Source: Evtepia sp. (GTDB taxonomy: Bacteria; Bacillota; Clostridia; Oscillospirales; Oscillospiraceae). From it: a stretch of DNA of 17,999 bases. Location: NCBI GenBank assembly GCA_048184675.1, contig DBEYYM010000056.1:1-17999 (forward strand), written 5' to 3'. The notes under the pieces are model-generated. The model was not told where the DNA came from. It worked only from the letters and a program-made list of their open reading frames with translations, and did not search any database. Below are positions 7,279 to 14,308 of this stretch, in pieces. How positions within the stretch are numbered: the first letter of the stretch is position 1; every line of letters starts with the position of its first letter. The position numbers and the translations under genes are program-made.

Positions 7279-7482
7279 TACGGTTTCAAAAGAACGGTCT
7301 GCCAAGAAAACGCCCTGCAGATCTTCCTCGCCTGCCGGCGGGGAGCGCAAATCCGAGGTGCTTTCCACGGATATGGGCCGGGAACCCTTCCGCTCGGCCC
7401 GAGAGGGCCTGGCGTTACCGGGTGGGGTTCGGGACACAGACCGCAAAGTTGGAAGCCCGGCGAAGGGGGCTCCACCTTTATT

Positions 7483-8442
7483 TTACACAAATAGCCGGGA
7501 GACAGAGTCCTCGTGATAGATAAAGCTAATGGCATCGGCCAGCATAGGAGCAGCAGAGAGATACTTAATCTTGTCGCTCTTAAGGCCTTCCTTCATGGGA
7601 ATGGTATCCAGGAAGAGGACCTCTTTAATCACGCTCTCCTCAATCCGCTGGATGGCGGGGCCGGAGAGGACGCCGTGGGAGGCACAGGCATAGACCTCGG
7701 TTGCGCCGCCGATCTCCACCAGAGCTTTGGCAGCACCGCAGAGGGAGCCGGCGGTGTCCACCATGTCGTCCAGAAGGATGACCCGCTTATCTTTCACGTC
7801 ACCGATGATGCTCATAACCTCGGAAGTGTTGGCCTTCTGGCGGCGCTTATCCACGATGGCCATGGTCATACCCAGCTTCTGAGCGAAGGCCCGGGCCCGG
7901 GCGACAGAGCCCACGTCGGGGGAGACCACCATGGTGTGGTCGGTGTCGTCGCCGAAACGGGAGGTGAAGTAGTCCACGAACAGGGGGCTGCCCAGGAGGT
8001 TATCCACCGGGATGTCGAAGAAGCCCTGAATCTGGGCGGCGTGAAGGTCCATGGTCAGCACCCGGTCGGCGCCGGCGGAGGTAAGCATATTGGCCACCAG
8101 CTTTGCGGAGATGGGGTCGCGGGGCTTGGCCTTCCGGTCCTGGCGGGCGTAGCCAAAATAGGGGATTACGGCGGTGATGCGGCCGGCAGAGGCCCGCTTG
8201 AAGGCGTCGATCATTACCAGCAGCTCCATGAGGTTGTCGTTGACTGGGGAGCAGGTGGACTGGACCACAAATACGTCAGAGCCGCGGACGGACTCATAAA
8301 TAGAGACAAAGCACTCTCCGTCGGAGAAGTTGCCGCACTCCAGGTCGCCAAGGGGCAGGCGGAGCTCCTTGCAGATGGCTTCGGCCAGGGCGTGGTTGGA
8401 GTTTCCGCTGAAGATTTTCAGATCCTTGCCATGTGAAATCAT
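7483..8442 (-). CDS. prs: Ribose-phosphate pyrophosphokinase (PRPP synthetase)
   Basis: ORF of 319 aa with KIFSGNSNHALAEAICKEL, RITAVIPYFGYARQDRK and the PRPP-binding loop RVILLDDMVDTAGSL. The SD sequence GAGAGGGA sits 7 nt upstream of ATG 8442. Confidence 0.97.
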   Translation of the reverse strand: MISHGKDLKIFSGNSNHALAEAICKELRLPLGDLECGNFSDGECFVSIYESVRGSDVFVVQSTCSPVNDNLMELLVMIDAFKRASAGRITAVIPYFGYARQDRKAKPRDPISAKLVANMLTSAGADRVLTMDLHAAQIQGFFDIPVDNLLGSPLFVDYFTSRFGDDTDHTMVVSPDVGSVARARAFAQKLGMTMAIVDKRRQKANTSEVMSIIGDVKDKRVILLDDMVDTAGSLCGAAKALVEIGGATEVYACASHGVLSGPAIQRIEESVIKEVLFLDTIPMKEGLKSDKIKYLSAAPMLADAISFIYHEDSVSRLFV

Positions 8443-8533
8443 CGTAACATCCCTCTCGATTCATAATATAAATTTTCTTTTCCTCTGGGCAATCTTCCCC
8501 ACCAGCACCTGGCAGGGTCTGTTATCTGGAGCT

Positions 8534-8562
8534 ATTATAACAAATCGCGGAGCGGATTGCAC
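8534..8562 (-). promoter_or_regulatory. Candidate prs promoter (extended -10, weak -35)
   Basis: Minus strand reads TGtTATAAT (-10 at 8539..8534) with a poor -35, GTGCAA (8562..8557), at 17-nt spacing. The leader would be about 90 nt. Confidence 0.35.
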
Positions 8563-8600
8563 CCATTTTCGGTGATTTTTTTGGGAAAAAAGCCGGAGGA

Positions 8601-8622
8601 TTTTGCAGGATTTTCTGCAAAA
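8601..8622. repeat. Perfect 8-bp inverted repeat TTTTGCAG-gatttt-CTGCAAAA between the divergent prs and PrsA-like promoters
   Basis: Read directly from the sequence. It lies about 40 nt upstream of the prs -35 and about 45 nt upstream of the plus-strand -35. It may be an operator, but no function is shown. Confidence 0.4.
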
Positions 8623-8667
8623 TTGGACAGGAGAGGGAACAATAGAAAAGGAAATCCCGGAAAAGAG

Positions 8668-8696
8668 TTGTCAGATGGAGCCAGCCATGATACAAT
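8668..8696 (+). promoter_or_regulatory. Sigma-A promoter for the PrsA-like gene
   Basis: TTGTCA (8668..8673), a 17-nt spacer, then TGaTACAAT (-10 at 8691..8696). It is followed by a 9-bp hairpin, ACAATAGTT-gctgaa-AACTATTGT (8702..8725), in the leader. Confidence 0.65.
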
Positions 8697-8787
8697 ATGG
8701 AACAATAGTTGCTGAAAACTATTGTCCGCGGCGTGGGGACGAAAGGGTCTCTCGGCCCGGCATAAAGCACCAAAGGAGACGTTTCTT

Positions 8788-10077
8788 ATGAAAAAAAGAA
8801 TGCGCCAAGCGCTGGGCACAGCCCTGGCTCTGGTTATGGCCCTGGGCCTGCTCAGCGGCTGCGGCAGTGTGGATCCGGTCCAGGAAGTGATGGGGGTTAA
8901 GGGCTCTACCGTCATGCTCACCGCCAATGGCAAGGATATCACCGCAGAGGAGTACTTCTTCTGGCTGGCCCAGCAGGTAGACACCGCCGCCCAATATTTC
9001 TCCGCCATGGGCATGGAGACCGACTGGGACATGGAGCTGGGCGACACCACCGCCGGTGAGGGCGTGAAGGAAGCCGCCAAGCAGACCGCCGTAATGTACA
9101 GCGTGGTGGCGGCCCAGGGAGAAGAGCTGGGCTACACCTATAGCGAGGAAGATAAAGACGCCTATCAGGAAGACCTTGCCGCCGCCAAGGAGCAGCTGGG
9201 GGGCGATGAGGCCTATGAGAAATACCTCAAGAGCCTGTGCATCAGCGAAAGCGGCTTTGAGAAGATCAGCTCCGTCAGCTATATTTATAACCACATGGCT
9301 GAGGGGATGTTCCAGGAGGGCAAGCCCGACGCCCCCGACGCCGAGACCCTGAAGCAGTATGCCGAGGACAACGACATCCTGGTGGCCAAGCACATCCTGC
9401 TGCTGACCAAGGACATGACCACCCAGGAAGCGCTGTCGGAGGAGGAGATCGCCGAGAAGAAGGCCAAGGCCGAAGCGCTGCTGACCGAGCTCCAGGCTAT
9501 CACCGACTCTGCCCAGCTGGAAGAAAAGTTTGACGAGCTCATGCAGGCCAACAGCGAGGACAGCGGCCTGGAGAGCAACCCCGATGGCTATGCCTTCTCC
9601 GCCGGGGACATGGTGGAGGAGTTTGAGAACGCCACCCGGGCCCTGGAGCCCGGCCAGATCAGCGGCATTGTGGAGAGCTCCTATGGCTACCATATCATTC
9701 TCCGGCTGGACCCCTCCACCTCCGAAGCTGTCCGCCTGCAGTGGAGCAGCGAGGAGATCGGAACCCTGCTGGAGCAGTGGGTGGACGAGGCTGAGGTGGA
9801 GACCACCGAAACCTATGACAACCTGAGCGTAGGGGACTTCTATGAGAAGCTCACTGCCTACCGGGAGTCCTTGGAGCCCCAGGAGGAAGACGCCAACACC
9901 ACAGAGGACGCCACAGACGAGGACAGCCAGGGCCAGGAGGATACCTCCAGCGATGGCACCCAGAGTGACGGAGCAGCGGATTCCCAGGATGGCGAGGACA
10001 CCTCTGCCCAGAGCCAGGATGCCGAGAACGGAGGGGACACCTCCGACGCCGGCGCTGAAGAGGAACCTGCAGAATAA
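8788..10077 (+). CDS. PrsA/SurA-like parvulin peptidyl-prolyl isomerase lipoprotein with an acidic C-terminal tail
   Basis: The start is placed at ATG 8788, with AAAGGAG 7 nt upstream. The signal peptide plus lipobox reads MKKRMRQALGTALALVMALGLLSGC. The parvulin domain reads ILVAKHILL...FDELMQANSEDSG...GYAFSAGDMVEEFENATRALEPGQISGIVESSYGYHIILRLD. The last 70 or so residues are D/E/Q/S/T-rich low complexity. The track start at 8722 lacks an RBS and adds a non-signal extension. Confidence 0.85.
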   Translation: MKKRMRQALGTALALVMALGLLSGCGSVDPVQEVMGVKGSTVMLTANGKDITAEEYFFWLAQQVDTAAQYFSAMGMETDWDMELGDTTAGEGVKEAAKQTAVMYSVVAAQGEELGYTYSEEDKDAYQEDLAAAKEQLGGDEAYEKYLKSLCISESGFEKISSVSYIYNHMAEGMFQEGKPDAPDAETLKQYAEDNDILVAKHILLLTKDMTTQEALSEEEIAEKKAKAEALLTELQAITDSAQLEEKFDELMQANSEDSGLESNPDGYAFSAGDMVEEFENATRALEPGQISGIVESSYGYHIILRLDPSTSEAVRLQWSSEEIGTLLEQWVDEAEVETTETYDNLSVGDFYEKLTAYRESLEPQEEDANTTEDATDEDSQGQEDTSSDGTQSDGAADSQDGEDTSAQSQDAENGGDTSDAGAEEEPAE

Positions 10078-10095
10078 TCACCTTGCACGGACAAA

Positions 10096-10124
10096 CCCGG
10101 CCCCGCTATGGGGCCGGGTTTTTT
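10096..10124 (+). terminator. Rho-independent terminator of the PrsA-like gene
   Basis: CCCGGCCCC-gctat-GGGGCCGGG followed by TTTTTT, 18 nt after the stop codon. Confidence 0.85.
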
Positions 10125-10260
10125 CTGCCCTTGGAGGGCCTGGACGGGGGCCTGCCAAAAAATTTTCCCACCCAGCCACAAACCGACAGAATCGTGGTGC
10201 CCTTTCCGGTATCCTGGTACCATCAAAACCAAGGACAACCCGAAAGGAAAGGCGATACCC

Positions 10261-12909
10261 ATGGACCACACATTTCACAGTGACACCCTCCATGAGGTGT
10301 TAGAAAAGCTGGAGACCGACCAGGAGCAGGGCCTAAGCCTGCAGGAGGGCGCCCGCCGGCTGGAAACGCAGGGAGAGAACCGCCTGGAAGAGGCCAAAGA
10401 GGCGGGGTTATTCCGCCAGGTGCTGGGGCAGCTGAAGGACCCTATGATCCTGGTCCTTTTGGCCGCTGCCGCCCTGTCCTTCTTCGCCGGGGGCGGGCGG
10501 GACTGGCTGGATGCGGTGATTATCCTCCTCATCGTCGTCTTCAACACGGTGATCTCCGTCTCCCAGGAGGACAACGCCCGGAAGGCCCTGGAGGCCCTGC
10601 GGAAGCTCTCGGCCCCCAAGGCCCGGGTGATCCGGGAGGGGATTGAGCGCCGGCTGGAGAGCACCCAGCTGGTGCCCGGGGATATCATCTTGCTGGAGGC
10701 CGGGGACTATGTGCCCGCCGACGGGCGGGTGCTGTGGGAGGCCGGCCTCCAGGCGGACGAGTCGGCCATGACGGGGGAGTCCCTTCCCGTCCACAAGCGC
10801 GGGGGAAGCGGCCTGCCCCAGGACACCCCCCTGGCCGAGCGGAAAAACATGGTCATCGGCGGCACGGTTATCACCGGCGGCCGGGGCCGGGCGGTGGTGA
10901 CCGCCACAGGCATGGACACGGAGATGGGCAAAATCGCCGGCCTCCTCCTTCGCCAGACCCAGGGGGAAACCCCTCTCCAGCGGAAGATGGGGGAGGTGTC
11001 TAAGGTCCTCTCCCTGGTCTGCGTGGGGGTGTGCGCGGTGATGTTTGGGGTGGGGATGCTCCAGCACCGGGACATTTTGGATATGTTCCTCACCGCCGTG
11101 GCCCTGGCCGTGGCCGCCATCCCCGAGGGGCTGCCTGCCATCGTCACCATCGTCCTGGCTATGGGGGTGGGGCGGATGGCCAAGCGCAACGCCATTATCA
11201 AGCGCCTGCCCGCCGTGGAGACCCTGGGCTGCGCCTCGGTAATCTGCTCGGACAAGACGGGGACCCTCACCAAAAACCAGATGACCGTGCTGGAGGTGTG
11301 GACCCCCACCTCGGTTCCCCCAAACCAGGCCCTGACTCTGGGCACCCTCTGCGGGGACGCCAAGGAGGGGCCCGGGGGCTACATCGGCGACCCCACCGAG
11401 ACCGCCATCGCCCAAAAGGCCCTGGAGGAGGGCCTGGAAAAGGCCCGCCTGGAGCGGGACATGCCCCGCCAGGGGGAGGCCCCCTTTGACTCGGTCCGCA
11501 AGCGCATGGCCACCTGCCATGCCTTGCCCGCCGGAGGGTATCTGGTTGCGGTGAAGGGGGCCCCAGAGGCCGTTCTGGCCCGGTGCACCCAGATGCTGGG
11601 GCCCGACGGCCCCCGGCCCATAACCGAAGGGGACCGGCGGCGAGTTTTAGGGGCCAACGGTGACCTGGCGGCCAAGGCCCTGCGGGTGCTGGCTGTGGCC
11701 CAGCGGAAGCAGAGCGCGGCGCCCAAATCCTTTGAGCCCCAGGAGCTGGAGCGGGAGCTGACCTTTGTGGGCCTCATCGGCATGATGGACCCGCCCCGGC
11801 CCGAGGTCCGGGAGGCTGTGGACCGGTGCGCCGCCGCCGGCATCCGCCCGGTGATGATCACCGGGGACCACAAAGACACTGCCGTGGCCATCGCCCGGGA
11901 CCTGAACATCTTCCGGCCTGGGGACAAGGCCATCGACGGGGCGGGCCTGGACTTTCTCCCCCAGAAGACCCTGGAGGAGGAGGTCGAAACCTTTTCCGTC
12001 TATGCCCGGGTGACTCCGGAGCACAAAATGCGCATTGTCCGGGCCTGGCAGAAAAAGGGCCACGTGGTGGCCATGACCGGGGACGGGGTCAACGACGCCC
12101 CCGCCCTAAAGGCCGCCGACATCGGCTGCGCCATGGGCAAAACGGGCACCGACGTGGCCAAGGGGGCCTCGGACATGATCCTCACCGACGACAACTTCGC
12201 CACCGTGGTGGCGGCGGTGGAGCAGGGGCGGGGGATCTATGCCAACATCCGCAAGGCCATCCACTATCTGCTCTCCTGCAACATCGGGGAGATTTTAACC
12301 ATCTTTCTGGCGACCGTCCTGCCCTTCCCCCACGCCCCCCTGAGCCCGGTGCAGCTGCTGTGGTTAAACCTGGTTACCGACTCCCTCCCCGCCCTGGCCC
12401 TGGGCATGGAGCCGGTGGAGAAGGCGGTGATGGGCCAGCCCCCGCGGGGAAAGCAGGAGCCCCTGTTTTCCAGGGCCTTCTCCCTCCGCCTGACCTGGCA
12501 GGGGGTGATGGTGGGGGGGCTGACCCTGCTGGCCTACGGCCTGGGGCTGCGGCTGGCCCACGACTATGCCGTTGCCAACACCATGGCCTTTGCCACCCTG
12601 ACCCTGAGCCAGCTCTTCCACGCCTTTGACGTGCGCAGTGAGGAGACCTCCTTGTTCCGCCTGGGGGTCTTCTCCAACCCGGCCATGAACAAGGCCTTTT
12701 TGGCGGGGGTGGTCCTCCAGGGGCTGGTGCTGTTGGCCCCGCCCCTCCAGGGGGCCTTCTCGGTGGTCCCCATGGACCTGAGCCAGTGGGGGATGGTCCT
12801 GGGCCTGGCCCTGACGCCCCTGGTGGTCTGTGAAATCGAAAAGGCCATCCGCCACGCCCGGAGAAAGAAGCCGGAGGCCGCTGAAGTGGGCGCGCCGGCA
12901 TATCGATAA
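10261..12909 (+). CDS. P-type (P2A, SERCA/YloB-like) Ca2+-transporting ATPase
   Basis: Motifs present: TGES (AMTGESLPV), the phosphorylation site CSDKTGTLTKNQM, the TM4 Ca-site motif IPEGLPAIVT, MITGDHKDTA and the hinge GDGVNDAPALKAADIG. The start is placed at ATG 10261 (MDHTFHSDTLHEVLEKL..., a Cation_ATPase_N-like N-terminus, with GAAAGGAAAGG upstream). The track start at 10108 lies inside the upstream terminator. Confidence 0.93.
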   Translation: MDHTFHSDTLHEVLEKLETDQEQGLSLQEGARRLETQGENRLEEAKEAGLFRQVLGQLKDPMILVLLAAAALSFFAGGGRDWLDAVIILLIVVFNTVISVSQEDNARKALEALRKLSAPKARVIREGIERRLESTQLVPGDIILLEAGDYVPADGRVLWEAGLQADESAMTGESLPVHKRGGSGLPQDTPLAERKNMVIGGTVITGGRGRAVVTATGMDTEMGKIAGLLLRQTQGETPLQRKMGEVSKVLSLVCVGVCAVMFGVGMLQHRDILDMFLTAVALAVAAIPEGLPAIVTIVLAMGVGRMAKRNAIIKRLPAVETLGCASVICSDKTGTLTKNQMTVLEVWTPTSVPPNQALTLGTLCGDAKEGPGGYIGDPTETAIAQKALEEGLEKARLERDMPRQGEAPFDSVRKRMATCHALPAGGYLVAVKGAPEAVLARCTQMLGPDGPRPITEGDRRRVLGANGDLAAKALRVLAVAQRKQSAAPKSFEPQELERELTFVGLIGMMDPPRPEVREAVDRCAAAGIRPVMITGDHKDTAVAIARDLNIFRPGDKAIDGAGLDFLPQKTLEEEVETFSVYARVTPEHKMRIVRAWQKKGHVVAMTGDGVNDAPALKAADIGCAMGKTGTDVAKGASDMILTDDNFATVVAAVEQGRGIYANIRKAIHYLLSCNIGEILTIFLATVLPFPHAPLSPVQLLWLNLVTDSLPALALGMEPVEKAVMGQPPRGKQEPLFSRAFSLRLTWQGVMVGGLTLLAYGLGLRLAHDYAVANTMAFATLTLSQLFHAFDVRSEETSLFRLGVFSNPAMNKAFLAGVVLQGLVLLAPPLQGAFSVVPMDLSQWGMVLGLALTPLVVCEIEKAIRHARRKKPEAAEVGAPAYR

Positions 12910-12912
12910 AAG

Positions 12913-12945
12913 CAACACCCCCAGCCCTGGCGGCTGGGGGTGTTG
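12913..12945. other. 14-bp GC-rich hairpin directly after the ATPase stop codon
   Basis: CAACACCCCCAGCC-ctggc-GGCTGGGGGTGTTG. There is no T-run on the plus strand. On the minus strand it is followed by CTTTTAT. It may act as a stabiliser or auxiliary terminator. Confidence 0.4.
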
Positions 12946-13015
12946 GCGTGTGAAGGGCCTGCGGCGTTGGTCACCGCCCAGTTACTTGGGGGGGAAGCAG
13001 GTTCACGGCGGTAAT

Positions 13016-13051
13016 GAAAAACGCTGCCGCATTTGCGCGGCAGCGTTTTTG
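13016..13051. terminator. Bidirectional rho-independent terminator shared by the convergent ATPase and SLH genes
   Basis: gAAAA-ACGCTGCCGC-atttgc-GCGGCAGCGT-TTTTg. It is a 10-bp stem flanked by an A-run and a T-run. Confidence 0.8.
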
Positions 13052-13068
13052 TTGGAATTCGCGGGGCC

Positions 13069-14085
13069 TTACTGGTCCAAATAATAGTAGTCGGTAAAGC
13101 TTCCTGTCACCTGCCCGCCGTCGGCCTCGGTGGCGGTGTAGGTAAAGGTGAAGGCCAGCAGGGGATAGGTTACCCCGTTGGCATCGGTATAGTGCTGGGT
13201 GGCAGCGGCCTTGGCGGCGTCCTCGTCATAGGTGACCTCCACATATCCAAAGCCCCCCGCTGTGTGGCCGATGGAGGCCAGGTAGGCGGTGACCTCCGCT
13301 GGGGTGGTGATCTGAAGGGTCTCACAGGCCTGGCCGTTGACGGTGACCTTGTTTAACCGAAAGGAGGTGAAGCTGGCGGGGCTTCCTGTTACAGGGTAGA
13401 AGAGGAAGGAGGCGAAGTCCTCCTGGAAGAGCAGGGCGTCATAGTCCCAGATGACCACAGTGCTGCCGGTGATGGCGCCGCTGTCCAGCAGATCCTGGAG
13501 AAGGGTCTTCTCTCCGCCTTTCTTGGGGCCATATAGGGCGCTGGCGGAGACAGCAGCGGCGTCAGACCGGAGGAAGGTGGTGGTCTGGGCGTTGTATTCT
13601 CCGCTGGTAATCCCCAGCTTGTCCGTTAAGGTCCAGGGGGTGTTCCAAACAAAGTCTGTGCCATCCTGATAACCCAGGGCCCGGAGCAGCAGGGTCAAAA
13701 ACTGGGCGGTGGAGATGGAGGCGTTGGCGTCGAACAAAGTGGGGCTTACGCCGTTGGTGTAGCCGGCAGTGTAGGCATAGCCCACATAGGGGCGGGCCCA
13801 GTCGGGCACATCAGTAAAGGGAATGGACCAGGTTTTGGCCATGGCCTCGGCCTCTTTGCCCAGCAGGCGGACCAGGATGGTGACGGCCTCGGCCCGGGTG
13901 GGGGCCCGGTCTAGGTCAAACTGGGGGGTGCCATCGGCGTTGACACCGGTGCCCCGGAACAGGCCCAGGTTGTACAGCAGCTGGGCGGAGTCTTGGGCGC
14001 CCACCGGCGTGGCGGCGGCAGCGGGAACGGCCAGGGCGAAGGTCAGCGCCACGGCCAAAAACAGGGACAATAGTTTCTTTTTCAT
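13069..14085 (-). CDS. Secreted SLH-domain protein with an uncharacterised C-terminal half
   Basis: Signal peptide MKKKLLSLFLAVALTFALAVPAAAA. Two S-layer-homology-like modules are present: LGLFRGTGVNADGTPQFDLDRAPTRAEAVTILVRLLG and FTDVPDWARPYVGYAYTAGYTNGVSPTLFDANASISTAQFLTLLLRALG. The SD sequence GGAAAGGAA lies upstream of ATG 14085. Confidence 0.8.
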   Translation of the reverse strand: MKKKLLSLFLAVALTFALAVPAAAATPVGAQDSAQLLYNLGLFRGTGVNADGTPQFDLDRAPTRAEAVTILVRLLGKEAEAMAKTWSIPFTDVPDWARPYVGYAYTAGYTNGVSPTLFDANASISTAQFLTLLLRALGYQDGTDFVWNTPWTLTDKLGITSGEYNAQTTTFLRSDAAAVSASALYGPKKGGEKTLLQDLLDSGAITGSTVVIWDYDALLFQEDFASFLFYPVTGSPASFTSFRLNKVTVNGQACETLQITTPAEVTAYLASIGHTAGGFGYVEVTYDEDAAKAAATQHYTDANGVTYPLLAFTFTYTATEADGGQVTGSFTDYYYLDQ

Positions 14086-14148
14086 ATCGATTCCTTTCCT
14101 ATGTCAGCCCCGGGAACGGGGCGGGAAAACACGACAGGAGTTGTTTTT

Positions 14149-14177
14149 ATTCTACCATAAGAAACCAAGGAGTGCAA
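14149..14177 (-). promoter_or_regulatory. Sigma-A promoter for the SLH-domain gene
   Basis: Minus strand reads TTGCAC (14177..14172), a 17-nt spacer, then TGgTAGAAT (-10 at 14154..14149). Confidence 0.6.
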
Positions 14178-14245
14178 GCCGGCCATGGAAAGGGGCCGAG
14201 GGCGGAAAATCCTGGCAGTCCACCCAAGGAAGTCCGCTGCCTTTG

Positions 14246-14275
14246 GTATAACTTGGTCTCCGGCCGTCCATACTA
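14246..14275 (+). promoter_or_regulatory. Forespore sigma-G-like promoter for the ger operon
   Basis: GTATA (14246..14250), an 18-nt spacer, then CATACTA (14269..14275). This fits the B. subtilis sigma-G consensus GHATR-N17/18-CAHWHTA, 34 nt upstream of the GerAA-like start. gerA-family operons are sigma-G dependent in B. subtilis. Confidence 0.5.
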
Positions 14276-14308
14276 ACCATCATCAACCAAAAGAAAGGGG
14301 GCCGTCCC

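Noticed and set aside
10125-10260. Riboswitch or metal-sensing leader upstream of the P-type ATPase.
   Set aside because: No yybP-ykoY, M-box or other conserved riboswitch core sequences were recognised by eye. Only a short hairpin is present. A covariance-model search would be needed to be sure.
8722-10260. N-terminal extensions suggested by the ORF track for the PrsA-like gene (8722) and the ATPase (10108). The same applies to the thiolase (1671) and mfd (5258) starts.
   Set aside because: The upstream starts lack RBSs, lie within promoters, terminators or SD sequences, and would bury a signal peptide or add non-homologous residues. Internal ATGs with good SD spacing were chosen instead.
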